Shown: one piece after another, positions 1 through 9,997 of the stretch
Layout: each line of letters begins with the position of its first letter
How positions within the stretch are numbered: the first letter of the stretch is position 1
NCBI GenBank assembly: GCA_031441465.1
Contig: JANOEP010000061.1
Span: forward strand, 1 to 64,000
DNA length: 64,000 nt
DNA from: a bacterium
GTDB taxonomy: Bacteria > Krumholzibacteriota > Krumholzibacteriia > LZORAL124-64-63
Direction of reading: 5' to 3'
The notes under the pieces: generated by a model
Database searches by the model: none
What the model saw: only the letters and a program-made list of their open reading frames with translations
What the model was told of the DNA's origin: nothing
Made by a program: the position numbers and the translations under genes

Positions 1-136
1 GGGGGGGGTTAATGCCAATCTCCTGGTTGTTGGTGGGTTAGGTGGGCGGGGCCCGCCATCCTGGTGGTGGGCGGCCGCTTCGCGTAAGTTGTGCCGTCGA
101 AAATGTGTCCGGTCCGATTGATGCCTCGGGCCGGGC

Positions 137-220
137 ATGCACACCACCGACAGTTCTTTCATCCCCCCGCACTGCCCCAACCCCAACTGCCTCCGCCACA
201 GGCAGTTGACCCCAGGCGGC
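137..220 (+). pseudogene. Possible remnant of a transposase N-terminus (Cys-rich zinc-ribbon start)
   Basis: MHTTDSSFIPPHCPNPNCLRH resembles the FxPPxCPNxxC..H start I recall from IS1-like transposases. The resemblance ends after about 27 codons. No terminal repeats were identified. Confidence 0.25.
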
Positions 221-255
221 TCGATCCCGACACCGCGGCGGCGTCCGGCGCGGTC

Positions 256-3156
256 CTATTCCACCATCAGTTCGTCGATGAAGATGAAGGACTCGCCGCC
301 GGCGCCGAGGTGCCAGGCGGGGAGGGGGCCGGCGTTGACGGCGCGGAAGCGCAGGGCGCGCAGTTCGGTGCCGTCGAGAGCGAGGGCGAAGTCGTAGATG
401 ATGACGCCGTCGGTGGCGACGGGGACGTCGTGGCGGAGGCGGCCGATTTCGTGGAACGTGGTTCCATCGGTGGAGACTTCCACGATCACCTCCGGAGGCA
501 GCACGATCCAGGAGCGGGTGTCCTGCAGAAAACCGGCGGCGACGCGCGCGACGGGGGTGGGGCGGCCGAGGTCCAGGACGGCGACGAGGTCCCGGCCCTG
601 GTAGCCCTGCCAGGCGCCGGTGGCCCAGGCGGTCGAGCCGCGGCGGCCGTCGATGAGGGCGTCGGGGCCGCCGGCGGTGTACTGGCTGTTGGGCGTCGCT
701 TGGACGTCGACACGCCAGTCGGTGGGGAGAGCGTCGAAGCGGGCGGTGGTCACGGGACTCCAGCGCTCGCCGTCGATGGCGACGAAGCGCAGGGTGGTCG
801 ACTCGTGCAGGCTCAAGGGTTCCTGGTAGGAACGGCCCTCGCGGGGATCCTGGTTCGGGTCGTCCGTCCAGCGGATCGTGGCGTCGGCGTCGAAGGTGGC
901 CAGGTGGACGTCCATCGCGCCTCGGAAGCGGTCGGCGGGGGCTACGGCCCAGGGCGCCGCGAGGACGGGCGGCGAGAGGGTCGCGGTGCCGGGGCGAGCT
1001 TCGGGCGACGCGCCCCAGTCGCCGGCCTCGCCGAGGTAGAAAACCAGCTCGCCACCGCCGGCGACCTCCTCGTGCCACAGGAAGCTGCGCTCCAGCGGCC
1101 GGCCGTCGAAGGTGACGCGTTCGATCGCGCCCTCGCCCACGCGGCGTGTGGTGAAGGTGCGCCCGTCGGCGAAGCGCAGGCTCATGCGCTCGTGCAGCGG
1201 CGGGATCACGAGCCACTGGCGGGACGTCGGTGCCACGTCGTAGAGGCCGTAGGCGGCCAGCACGTACCAGCTCGACATCTGGCCGCAGTCCTCGTTGCCG
1301 ATCAGGCCGTCGGGGGACGCCGCGTAGAACGAGTCGCGGATACGAGCCACGCGTTCGGCGCTGCGACCCGGCTTCCCGTTGAAATGCGACAGCCAAGCGA
1401 TGTGGTGGCTGGGCTCGTTGCCGTGGGCGTACTGGCCGATAAGGCCGGTGATGTCGGCCTGGTCGCGGCCGGTCGTGGCGCTGTCGGCGGCGAAGAGGGA
1501 GTCGAGCACGGCTTCGCAGGCCGCGTCGCCGCCCAGCAGGGCCGCGTGGTCGCGCAGGTGGTGGGGCGCGGCGAAGCGGTACTGCCAGGCGTTGGCTTCC
1601 GTGTAGTTGAAGTCCACGCGGCGCGGGTCGAAGAGCTGCAGCCAGCGTCCGTTGAGGCGGGGGCGGAAGCAGCGGGACTGCGGGTCGAAGAGATGACGCC
1701 ACGCCTGGGCGCGGTTCTCGAATGTGGTCACGATGTCGTCCCGTCCCAGGAACGCGGCGAAGCGCGCGATGCAGGCGTCGTCGTAGGCGTACTCCAGCGT
1801 CCGGCTGACCGATTCCATTTCCTGCTCGGCGCCGATGTGGCCGTCGCGCCGGTAGGCGGCCAGGCCGAAGCGGTCGCCCTCGGCGCTCGCCAGCATGGCC
1901 CGCAGCGCGAGGTCGGCGTCCTCGACGACGAGGCCCTTGAGGTAGGCGTCGGCGATCACCGAGACGCTGTGGTAGCCGATCATGCAGTCGGTCTCGTTCG
2001 CGGCGAGTTCCCACACCGGCAGCCGGCCGCCCTGCTCGTACTGGGCCAGCATGGTGCGCACGAAGTCGCGGGTGCGCTCCCGCTGGACCAGCGTGAACAG
2101 CGGGTGGGTCGCGCGGTAGGTGTCCCATAGCGAGAAGACGGTGTACTGGTTCCGGTCGACGGCTGCGTGGATCGCCAGGTCCAGGCCGCGGTAGCGGCCG
2201 TCGGCGTCGCTGAACAGGTTCGGGGCCAGGAAGCTGTGGTAGAGGGCGGTGGCCAGGACGGTCGTCTGCTCGGGGTCGGCGCCCTCGACGGCGAAGGGCG
2301 CCAGCTCGGTGCGCCAAGCCTCGCGCGCACGCTCGAGGGTGCCCGCGAAGTCGAACCCGGCCCACTCGGCCACGAGGTTGCGCCGGGCGCCGTCGGCGTC
2401 GACGGCCGAGATCCCCACCTGGACCATCACGTCGCCGCCGGCCAATCCGAAGGACAGGACGGCCTTGGTGAGGCGTCCGGGCGCGGCGGAGTCGCCGGCC
2501 GCGAGACGGGTCGCGGTGAAGGGTCGCGAGAAGCTGGCCCGGAAATACACCACCTGGTCGCGCGCCCAGCCCGTCGAGCGTCGGAAGCCCTCGACGGTGT
2601 GGTCGTCGACCACGCGCAGGTCCGCGTCGAGCAAGCGGTCCCGGTGCTCGAGGTCGACGATCACGTGCGCGGGTTCCCCGGCCGGGAACACGTAGCGGTG
2701 CAGGCCGGTGCGCGGGGTGGCCGTGAGTTCGACGCCGATCCCGCCGTCCCGCAGCCGCACGGCGTAGTAGCCGGCGGCGGCCTTCTCGGTCGTCTTGTCG
2801 AAGGGCGAGGCGTACCCGGCGTCGAATCCCCCGGGGTCGCCGTTCTCGAGCGAGGGTTCGCCGGTGACGGGCATCAGCAGGATGTCGCCGTAGTCGCTCA
2901 CGCCGGTGCCGCTGAGGTGGGTGTGCGAGAACCCGTAGATCACGGTGTCGCTGAAGTGGTACCCGGAACAGCCGTCCCAACCGGAGAGGCGTGTGTCCGG
3001 GCCGAGCTGGACCATGCCGAAAGGCAGCGTCGGGCCGGGGAAGGTGTGGCCGTGCACTCCGGTGCCGATGAACGGGTCGATGAAGTCGACGAGTGCGGCG
3101 GCGCGCAGCGGCCCGGCCACCAGCAGGGCCAGGCACAGCGCCGCGACGCGTGTCAT
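256..3156 (-). CDS. GH92 family alpha-1,2-mannosidase with C-terminal Fn3-associated and F5/8-like domains, secreted
   Basis: Signal peptide MTRVAALCLALLVAGPLRA; GH92 motifs DPFIGTG, GHTFPG, PFGMVQLGPDT, FSLWDTYR, TEANAWQY, HGNEPSHH, GNEDCGQMSSWY. ATG at 3156 overlaps the upstream TGA (ATGA). Confidence 0.93.
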   Translation of the reverse strand: MTRVAALCLALLVAGPLRAAALVDFIDPFIGTGVHGHTFPGPTLPFGMVQLGPDTRLSGWDGCSGYHFSDTVIYGFSHTHLSGTGVSDYGDILLMPVTGEPSLENGDPGGFDAGYASPFDKTTEKAAAGYYAVRLRDGGIGVELTATPRTGLHRYVFPAGEPAHVIVDLEHRDRLLDADLRVVDDHTVEGFRRSTGWARDQVVYFRASFSRPFTATRLAAGDSAAPGRLTKAVLSFGLAGGDVMVQVGISAVDADGARRNLVAEWAGFDFAGTLERAREAWRTELAPFAVEGADPEQTTVLATALYHSFLAPNLFSDADGRYRGLDLAIHAAVDRNQYTVFSLWDTYRATHPLFTLVQRERTRDFVRTMLAQYEQGGRLPVWELAANETDCMIGYHSVSVIADAYLKGLVVEDADLALRAMLASAEGDRFGLAAYRRDGHIGAEQEMESVSRTLEYAYDDACIARFAAFLGRDDIVTTFENRAQAWRHLFDPQSRCFRPRLNGRWLQLFDPRRVDFNYTEANAWQYRFAAPHHLRDHAALLGGDAACEAVLDSLFAADSATTGRDQADITGLIGQYAHGNEPSHHIAWLSHFNGKPGRSAERVARIRDSFYAASPDGLIGNEDCGQMSSWYVLAAYGLYDVAPTSRQWLVIPPLHERMSLRFADGRTFTTRRVGEGAIERVTFDGRPLERSFLWHEEVAGGGELVFYLGEAGDWGASPEARPGTATLSPPVLAAPWAVAPADRFRGAMDVHLATFDADATIRWTDDPNQDPREGRSYQEPLSLHESTTLRFVAIDGERWSPVTTARFDALPTDWRVDVQATPNSQYTAGGPDALIDGRRGSTAWATGAWQGYQGRDLVAVLDLGRPTPVARVAAGFLQDTRSWIVLPPEVIVEVSTDGTTFHEIGRLRHDVPVATDGVIIYDFALALDGTELRALRFRAVNAGPLPAWHLGAGGESFIFIDELMVE

Positions 3157-3311
3157 TCGCCGGCCGCCCGGTCCGCGAAGTGCCGGTAGAGCAGCCAGGT
3201 CGCGGCGGCGGTGATCGCGAACAGCAGGATCGGCACGCCCCAGGTCCAGAAGAAGCCGTGCAGGGGCGTGGACACGGGCAGCGGCGTGAACTCCAGGGAG
3301 GTGCCGTTCAT
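3153..3311 (-). CDS. Small single-TM membrane protein (52 aa)
   Basis: Hand translation MNGTSLEFTPLPVSTPLHGFFWTWGVPILLFAITAAATWLLYRHFADRAAGE*. ATGA overlaps at both ends, GC3-rich codons, one hydrophobic helix. Confidence 0.7.
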   Translation of the reverse strand: MNGTSLEFTPLPVSTPLHGFFWTWGVPILLFAITAAATWLLYRHFADRAAGE

Positions 3312-3427
3312 CGGGGATCATCCTTCCGGTTCCGTTTGCGCCAGTGGTTCCAGGCCAGGGCCAGGCCCAGGAACGAGGCCAGGTAGGCGATGCTCATGCC
3401 GATCAGCATGGTGATTCCCTTGCCCAT
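3308..3427 (-). CDS. Small single-TM membrane protein (39 aa)
   Basis: Hand translation MGKGITMLIGMSIAYLASFLGLALAWNHWRKRNRKDDPR*. Starts 1 nt after the symporter stop; hydrophobic helix plus basic tail; stop overlaps the next ATG. Confidence 0.7.
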   Translation of the reverse strand: MGKGITMLIGMSIAYLASFLGLALAWNHWRKRNRKDDPR

Positions 3428-3428
3428 C

Positions 3429-5339
3429 TCAGCGTCCCCCCTCTTCCTGCCAGCGCAGGCGCTGCTCGAGCTGCTCGACGTAGGCCGCCTGCTTGGCTTC
3501 GTACTCGCTCGAGACGGCCCGCAGCTTGGGATCGATCACCCAGTAGATCACACCCGCACCGCCGAAGGCGCCCAGCAGCAGCAGCAGCCCACCCGGCTGC
3601 AGCAGCAGCAGCTTGGTCACTCCGAGCATCAACGCGGCAAAGACCAGCGGGGACAGCACCACGGCGATCCAGTCCTCGCGGGTCCACGCGTCGGCCTGTT
3701 CGGGCGTCCAGACACGGCGGATCAGGGGGCGGCGGCCCGCGGCCGGTGAAGCGCTGCTCGGCGCCGGCGCCTCGACGATCAGCCCGCGCCGCACCGCCTC
3801 GCGGTGCACCGGACCCCACCGGCCCAGCGGCCGGGTCATCACGTAGTAGCGCACCAGCTGGTCCATCTTCTCGGGGCGCGTGAGCAGGGTGACAGGCAGG
3901 AAGACCGCCGCGCCCAGGGCCATCAGCAGCCAGAACTGCAGGTAGTCCGGCAGCTCGGGCAGCACGCCGAACTCCGGCAGGATCCACACGACCAGCCAGG
4001 ACATGCCGAGGTTGGCCATCCAACCGGCTAGGTAGCCCCAGGCGTTGAAGCGCCACCAGACGACCTGCAGGATGTTGGGCAGCCAGATGCCGGCCATCAT
4101 CAGCCACAGCGCGAAGATCAGCCAGCGCGTGATCTCCTCCATCATCAGCCCGTAGAAGAAGGACCCGATCAGCAGCGCGAAGGTGGACCAGCGGCCGACC
4201 CAGACCAGCTGCTTCTCGCTCGCTTCGGGGCGCAGGTAGCGCTGGAAGATGTCGCGCGTGAAGTAGAGTGCGCCCAGGTTCAGGTGGCTGGAGATGGTCG
4301 AGAGGTGGATGGCCAGGATGGCGCCGAAGAACACGCCCACCATGCCGACGGGCAGCAGCTCGAAGCCCATGCGGAACCAGCCCAGCTCGTACTGCGCGGC
4401 ATCGGTGAGGTGCGGCAGCATCGAGAAGAAGGCGAGGATGCCCGCGGCCCAGAACCCGTTGCGGATCAGGGTGACGGCGCCGCCGGCCCACAGCCCGTAG
4501 GTCGCGTCGCGCACCGTCTTGGCCGACTGGATGCGCTGGGCTTCGACGTACCAGTCGATGCTCGTGCCCATCCCGAAGCCGCCGATCACCGAGATCACCA
4601 GCATGGTCAGCCACCAGGCGATGGGGAAGTCGCCGGTGAACCACCCGGTGAAGGCGAAGGCGTCCAGCCGCCACTGCTGGCCGAGCGCCACGATGTTCGA
4701 GGTCACGGCCTCCGGCCCGCCCGCGGCGGCCAGGCCCACGAACGTCACCAGGAAGATGGCGAAGATCGCGACGATCCCCTGCAGGAAGTCGCCCATCACC
4801 ACGCCCCAGTAGCCGGCGGCCAGCGTGTAGAAGGCGGTGATCACGCTCGGCAGCACCAGGCCCACCCACACCGGCCAGCCGAAGGCCAGAGCGCAGACCT
4901 TGCCCATGGCGATGCCCACCCAGCCGAGGATGAACATGTTCATGAACACCTGCCAGCCCGCCATCCAGCCCCGCAGCAGCTCGGCGCCCAGCCCGCCGAA
5001 GCGCTGGGTCTGCCACTCCGCCTGCGTGTAGGCCAGCGAGCGGCGGAAGATGCGCGCCGAGACGAAGGCGCCGATGGCGGTCCAGGCCGTGAAGAAGGTG
5101 TACCAGAGGCCGCGCAAACCGTTGGCGTAGATGACGCCGGCGATCCACATCGGCGTGTCGGTGGCGGTGTGGGTGCTGAACACCGAGGCGGCCGGCAGCC
5201 ACCAAGGGAGCCCCCGTCCGGCGAGGAAGAAGTCGCTCTCGGAGCGGCGCCCCAGGCGGTAGAAGAAGAAGGCCCCGCCCACCATCAGCAGCAGGTACGC
5301 GGCCGCCCAGAAGATGTCCAGGTTGGTGAAGTGTCCCAC
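3429..5339 (-). CDS. Sodium:solute symporter (SSS/SLC5 family)
   Basis: DFFLAGRGLPWW, AGYWGVVMGDFLQ, QRIQSAKT, STISSHLN motifs; many TM helices. Confidence 0.9.
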   Translation of the reverse strand: MGHFTNLDIFWAAAYLLLMVGGAFFFYRLGRRSESDFFLAGRGLPWWLPAASVFSTHTATDTPMWIAGVIYANGLRGLWYTFFTAWTAIGAFVSARIFRRSLAYTQAEWQTQRFGGLGAELLRGWMAGWQVFMNMFILGWVGIAMGKVCALAFGWPVWVGLVLPSVITAFYTLAAGYWGVVMGDFLQGIVAIFAIFLVTFVGLAAAGGPEAVTSNIVALGQQWRLDAFAFTGWFTGDFPIAWWLTMLVISVIGGFGMGTSIDWYVEAQRIQSAKTVRDATYGLWAGGAVTLIRNGFWAAGILAFFSMLPHLTDAAQYELGWFRMGFELLPVGMVGVFFGAILAIHLSTISSHLNLGALYFTRDIFQRYLRPEASEKQLVWVGRWSTFALLIGSFFYGLMMEEITRWLIFALWLMMAGIWLPNILQVVWWRFNAWGYLAGWMANLGMSWLVVWILPEFGVLPELPDYLQFWLLMALGAAVFLPVTLLTRPEKMDQLVRYYVMTRPLGRWGPVHREAVRRGLIVEAPAPSSASPAAGRRPLIRRVWTPEQADAWTREDWIAVVLSPLVFAALMLGVTKLLLLQPGGLLLLLGAFGGAGVIYWVIDPKLRAVSSEYEAKQAAYVEQLEQRLRWQEEGGR

Positions 5340-5491
5340 GTGACCACCTTAGCCCGGGGCTGGAAAGAGGGGATAAGACGTTGCGCGGCCCGGAGTATAC
5401 CCGCGTCCCCGGCGGCGGGGAAGGCCGATCCGCGCTGCCGTCCCGCGACGGGAAGCTGGCGGAAATCCCCCCGAACCCCCATCATCCCCCT

Positions 5492-6673
5492 ATGTTCGAG
5501 TACCAGCAGCACCGCCGTTATTTCGCCCAGTGCGCGCAGGGTCTGGAAGACCTGCTCGTCGAGGAGCTGCGCGAACTGGGAGCCGAGCCGGAGACGCCCG
5601 GCCGCCAGGGCGTGGGCTTCCTGGCCGATCAGGCGGCGCTCTACCGCACGGTGTACCGCACGCGGCTGGCGGCCCGCGTGCTGGCGCCGCTGATCACCTT
5701 CGACTGCCACAGCGACCGCTACCTCTACGCGACTGCCCGCAAGCTGGACTGGGACGTCCTGCTCACGCCCGCGACCACCTTCGCCGTGGACGCCACCGTC
5801 TCGCAGAGCAACCTCGATCACTCCCAGTTCGCGGCCCAGCGTCTCAAGGACGCCATCGTCGACCACTTCCGCGAGTCGACGGGCAGCCGTCCGAGCGTGG
5901 ACCGCCGCGCGCCGCAGCTGCTGCTGAACCTGCACGTGCGCCAGAACCGCGCCGTGATCAGCCTGGACCTCGGCGGCGGAGCCCTGCACCGCCGCGGCTA
6001 CCGCACCGAGGCGGGGGAGGCCCCGCTGCAGGAGACGCTCGCCGCGGCGATCGTGCGCCTCAGCGGCTGGGACGGCGAGGGTCCCCTGCACGACCCGATG
6101 TGCGGCTCGGGCACGCTGCTGGCCGAGGCCTGGTTGTCGGCTTCGCGCATCCCGGCGGGTTGGCTGCGCGCGCAACTGGCGCCGCCCTGGGCGCTGCTGC
6201 CGGACTTCGACGAGCAGGTGTGGGTCGAAGTGCGGCGCGAGGCGGCGGCGATGCGGCGCAAGCTGGAGCCCGGACTGATCGGCGGCGCCGACCTCGACCG
6301 CGACGTCGTGAAGACAGCCCGCACCAACCTGGCGAAGCTGCCCGGCGGTGCAGCGATCGGGCTGGGCGTCGCCGACGCGCGCAACCTCGCCCTGCCGTCC
6401 GGCGCCACGGTCCTGACCAACCCGCCCTACGGCGTGCGGCTCGGTCAGCGGCGGGAGGTCGAGGCGCTGTACAAGGCCTTCGGGGATACGCTGAAGCGCC
6501 GCTGCTCCGGCACGACGGCCTGGATCCTCTGCGGGGACACGGCGCTGGTCGGGCACTTGGGGCTGCGGCCCGCGAAGCGGGTGCCGCTGTGGAACGGGGG
6601 GATCGAGTGCCGGCTGGTGCGGCTGGATCTCTTCGCCGGCTTCCGCAAGACGGACGAGACACAAGTGACGTGA
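5492..6673 (+). CDS. rlmL: THUMP-domain rRNA methyltransferase (RlmL-like, 23S m2G2445)
   Basis: GLEDLLVEEL, LHRRGYR, APLQETLAAA, DPMCGSGT, TNPPYGVRL, LWNGGIEC. ATG at 5492. Confidence 0.88.
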   Translation: MFEYQQHRRYFAQCAQGLEDLLVEELRELGAEPETPGRQGVGFLADQAALYRTVYRTRLAARVLAPLITFDCHSDRYLYATARKLDWDVLLTPATTFAVDATVSQSNLDHSQFAAQRLKDAIVDHFRESTGSRPSVDRRAPQLLLNLHVRQNRAVISLDLGGGALHRRGYRTEAGEAPLQETLAAAIVRLSGWDGEGPLHDPMCGSGTLLAEAWLSASRIPAGWLRAQLAPPWALLPDFDEQVWVEVRREAAAMRRKLEPGLIGGADLDRDVVKTARTNLAKLPGGAAIGLGVADARNLALPSGATVLTNPPYGVRLGQRREVEALYKAFGDTLKRRCSGTTAWILCGDTALVGHLGLRPAKRVPLWNGGIECRLVRLDLFAGFRKTDETQVT

Positions 6674-6713
6674 AGAAGACGGCGTCCGGGTGCTGCCGCG
6701 CAGTGATCGTCGG

Positions 6714-7778
6714 CTAGAAGAACGCCTTCGCCACCTTCAAGATCCCCTGCTTCCAAGGCACCCGATGCGAAACCCCTGACCGCCCCTCGAACTCCGCCAG
6801 GTGCTCCAGGTACCACCGGTAGTTCCTCACCAGCGCCTGCTTGTTCGAATACTTGGGGTCGAACCCCAGCACCCGCTCCGCCTTCCCGATCGCGACGAAG
6901 GAGTCCTCGCTGGCGGTCTCGTAGACCCACTTGTAGAGCGGCGACAGTTTCAGCGCCTCCAGCAGCCGCAAGGTCGCGATGACCGGCCCGGCCGGAAACC
7001 CGCGGATCTTCTTGCCGAACCCCGCCTCGTCCAGCACCGCCTGGTAGTCCTCGCGCATGGTCGTGAATTCGCGGGCGCCCAGGTTGAAGACGTCGTCGAC
7101 CTTGTCGCGCGGGCCGGTCAGGCAGAGGTGGATGCCCTGGCAGATGTCCTCGACGTCGGCGAGCTGGTAGCGGTTGCGGCCGTCGCCGATCATCGGGAAG
7201 CCCTTGCCGTCCTTGGCCCAGTCGTAGAAGAGGGCGAAGACGCCCAGCCGCTCCGGCCCGATGAAGGACTTCGGGCGCACGATCGGCACGCACAGGCCGC
7301 GCGCGCGGAACCCGGCGCAGACCTGCTCGGCCTCGACCTTGCTCTCGCCGTAGGGACCCACACCGTGCAGTTGGTCGTCCTCGAGCAGCGGGTGGTGGTC
7401 GGGGATGCCGTAGACGGCGGTCGAGGAAACGTGCACGACGCGCTCGCAGCCCGCGTCCAGCGCGGCCTGCAGGACGGTGCGGGTGCCGTCGAGGTCGGTC
7501 GAGCGGATCGTCTCGCGCGAGTAGAGGGGCAGCGCGGCGGCGGCGTGGACGACCTGCGTGCAGCCGGCGAGCGCGCGGTCCACGTCGGCGCGGTCGCGGA
7601 TGTCGCCGTCGACGACGTGCACGCGGGGGTCGTCGCGCTCGGGGTAGTCGAAGGGGGCGATGTCCAGCGAGGCCACCTCGTAGCCGCGCGCGAGCAGGTA
7701 GCGCACCATGTTGATGCCTAAAAATCCGGCGCCGCCGGTGACGAGGCAGCGCGGCTGCGTACCCGATCCGTGATTCAT
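6714..7778 (-). CDS. NAD-dependent epimerase/dehydratase (extended SDR)
   Basis: VTGGAGFLG, HAAA, SSTAVYG and YGESK (YxxxK) motifs. Confidence 0.9.
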   Translation of the reverse strand: MNHGSGTQPRCLVTGGAGFLGINMVRYLLARGYEVASLDIAPFDYPERDDPRVHVVDGDIRDRADVDRALAGCTQVVHAAAALPLYSRETIRSTDLDGTRTVLQAALDAGCERVVHVSSTAVYGIPDHHPLLEDDQLHGVGPYGESKVEAEQVCAGFRARGLCVPIVRPKSFIGPERLGVFALFYDWAKDGKGFPMIGDGRNRYQLADVEDICQGIHLCLTGPRDKVDDVFNLGAREFTTMREDYQAVLDEAGFGKKIRGFPAGPVIATLRLLEALKLSPLYKWVYETASEDSFVAIGKAERVLGFDPKYSNKQALVRNYRWYLEHLAEFEGRSGVSHRVPWKQGILKVAKAFF

Positions 7779-7869
7779 GATGTCGTCCTCGCTCGGGGTT
7801 CTGTCCTGGAACGCGCGGTCGAACATAGGCGGCGCGACGGGACGGCGCCAGTCCGCAAACGTCCGCTGA

Positions 7870-8238
7870 CTAGCCCATGCGCCCGGCCACCAGCACCACC
7901 CCGGCGACGATCAGCAGCAGGCCCAGCCCCTGCACCAGGTCGAGGCTCTCCCCGAGCCAGAGCGCCGAGGCCGACACGACGATCAGGAATCCGGCCGAGG
8001 TCATGATCGGGTAGGCGAGGGACACCGGGACTCGGCTCAGCACGTAGGCGTAGCTCACGACGTTCACCGCGAACAGGGCGATGCCGCCCGCCACCAGGGG
8101 ATTCAGCAGGATCTGGCGCAGGGCGCCGACGGGGTCGGCGAGGTCGACCGGCCGGTCGCGCATGCCGGCGCGGATCAGCAGGTTGGCGGCGGCGTTGGCG
8201 CTCAGGGCCAGGATCAAGGCCAGGACGTGCGGCTTCAT
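7870..8238 (-). CDS. SMR/DMT (ArnE/F-like) small membrane transporter
   Basis: 122 aa, four TM helices, PVSLAYP motif, GE...GLLLIVAGV. Confidence 0.8.
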   Translation of the reverse strand: MKPHVLALILALSANAAANLLIRAGMRDRPVDLADPVGALRQILLNPLVAGGIALFAVNVVSYAYVLSRVPVSLAYPIMTSAGFLIVVSASALWLGESLDLVQGLGLLLIVAGVVLVAGRMG

Positions 8239-8359
8239 GGTCCTCCGGGGGTTGGCGGCCGCCGCAGATCATAGCATCCGATCCGGCGGAACGCACGCCC
8301 GGCCCGCGCGGTGAATGTCCGCTGGCGTTCCCCGCTGTTCGACACTAGGTTTCCCCCCC

Positions 8360-9202
8360 ATGACGCCAACCCACCACACACCCGGCCTGCTGGACGCCCG
8401 CGGCGTCGCCGTCGTTCCCGGACCCTACCACCGCGTGGCCTCGCTGGTGCCGTGCCTGACCGACACCGTGTTCGGCCTCGGTCGCGGCGGCAGTCTGGTG
8501 GCGCGCACCGCCTACTGCGAGGAGCCGCGCGGCCTGGTGGCGGGCATCCCCGCCTGCGGCGGTACCAAGAACCCGCGCCTCGACGCCATCCTCGCGCAGC
8601 GTCCGGACCTCGTCCTGGCCTGCCTCGAGGAGAACAAGACCGCGCATCTGGACGCGCTTGCCGCGGCGGGCGTGCCTGTGTTCGCGGTGATGCCGCGCAG
8701 TCTGGACGACGTCGATGCGCTCCTGAAGGATTTCGGCATCCTGCTCGACGCGTCGGAAGCCGCGCAGACGGCGCGCGCGGCCCTGGCTGCCGCCCGCGCC
8801 GACGTCGCGGCCGCGCGGGGAGGGCGGCAGCCCATTGCCGCGGCGACCCTGATCTGGAAGGATCCCTGGATGGCCGCGGGCGGCGGCACCTACATCGACG
8901 CGGTCATGGCCGAAGTCGGCCTGCGCAATGTCTACGCCGGCCACGAGGACTACCCGGACACGACCCTGGACGAGCTGGCGGTCCTCGCCCCCTCCCTGGT
9001 CCTGTTGCCCGAAGAGCCCTACCACTTCACCAAGCGCGATGCCGCCGCCGTCGCCGAGACCCTGCTGCTGACCGGGTCCGAGCGCTGCCCCCGCGTGCCC
9101 GGCAAGCTGCTGAGCTGGTACGGGACCCGCACGGCGGGTTCGCTGCGAGAATTGCTGCGACTGCTGGACCGCCTCGCCCCTGCCGCTCCCGCTTCCCGGT
9201 GA
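8360..9202 (+). CDS. BtuF-like helical-backbone metal/cobalamin-binding protein
   Basis: RVASLVPxLTD, YCEEP, GGTKNP, PDLVLA, EEN, EPYHF, SWYG. No obvious signal peptide. Confidence 0.75.
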   Translation: MTPTHHTPGLLDARGVAVVPGPYHRVASLVPCLTDTVFGLGRGGSLVARTAYCEEPRGLVAGIPACGGTKNPRLDAILAQRPDLVLACLEENKTAHLDALAAAGVPVFAVMPRSLDDVDALLKDFGILLDASEAAQTARAALAAARADVAAARGGRQPIAAATLIWKDPWMAAGGGTYIDAVMAEVGLRNVYAGHEDYPDTTLDELAVLAPSLVLLPEEPYHFTKRDAAAVAETLLLTGSERCPRVPGKLLSWYGTRTAGSLRELLRLLDRLAPAAPASR

Positions 9203-9226
9203 ACTGATCGCCGGCGGAGGTCACCC

Positions 9227-9865
9227 GTGCATTGGACCGAAATCCTCGGCTACGCGGCCTCGGTGCTCGTGGCGGTCTCGCTGACCATGGGTTCGCTCGT
9301 CAAGCTGCGGGTGTTCAACCTGATCGGCGCCGTCCTGTTCGCCGCCTACGGCGCCCTGCTGGGCGTCTGGCCGGTGCTGCTGGTGAACGGCTTCATCGCC
9401 GTGGTGAACGTGGTTTACCTGGCGCAGTTGCTCAACCGTCGCCCGGACTACTTCCAGCTCATGCCGATGCGGGACCGCGACAACCCCTTCCTGCGCCGCT
9501 TCCTCGAGTTCCACGCGCCGGACGTGCGCCGCTACTTCCCGAAGTTCGACCTCGACCGCCTGCAGAACCCGACGATCGTCTTCATCCTGCGCAACATGGT
9601 GCCGGTGGGGGTGCTGGTCTGCTCGCCGGACACGCCGGGCACGCTGCGGATCGACCTGGACTACGTCCTGCCTCCCTGGCGGGACCTGCGGTGCGCCCGC
9701 TACTTCTATCGTGAGTGGGGTCCGGTCCTGGCCGAAAACGGCTTCCGCCGCTTCGTGGCGCACACGGAAGCCGGCCTGCACCGCAACTACCTGCGCCGGA
9801 TGGGCTACCGGCCGGACGGGGAACGGGGGGAAGGCTGGTATGCACGCCCTGTCCAGGAACCCTGA
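9227..9865 (+). CDS. YgjV-like inner membrane protein with C-terminal GNAT-like domain
   Basis: GYAASVLVAVSL...KLRVFNLIGA...YG N-terminus; LDYV...HRNYLRRMGY C-terminus; GGAGG RBS before GTG. Confidence 0.7.
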   Translation: MHWTEILGYAASVLVAVSLTMGSLVKLRVFNLIGAVLFAAYGALLGVWPVLLVNGFIAVVNVVYLAQLLNRRPDYFQLMPMRDRDNPFLRRFLEFHAPDVRRYFPKFDLDRLQNPTIVFILRNMVPVGVLVCSPDTPGTLRIDLDYVLPPWRDLRCARYFYREWGPVLAENGFRRFVAHTEAGLHRNYLRRMGYRPDGERGEGWYARPVQEP

Positions 9866-9997
9866 TCACCTATGGTTACTTGATGTTAATTGTCAATAAA
9901 TCATGAAGATGCGATGGTTATGTCTTGATTTTCCGCCCCCCGGGTTCCTCTATTTGATCGTCTCTAGTTGATGTGGTTAAAACAGGACGGTCCACAC

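Noticed and set aside
38..3136. Very long alternative-frame and antisense ORFs (also 47648-50728, 52088-55243, 60655-62637 and others)
   Set aside because: They are Arg/Pro/Gly-rich shadows of real genes, expected when high GC3 depletes stop codons, and show no domain motifs.
9880..9930. Possible Rex or FNR site upstream of the multiheme cytochrome
   Set aside because: Only a half-site (TTGTCAA) matches, so there is no convincing palindrome.
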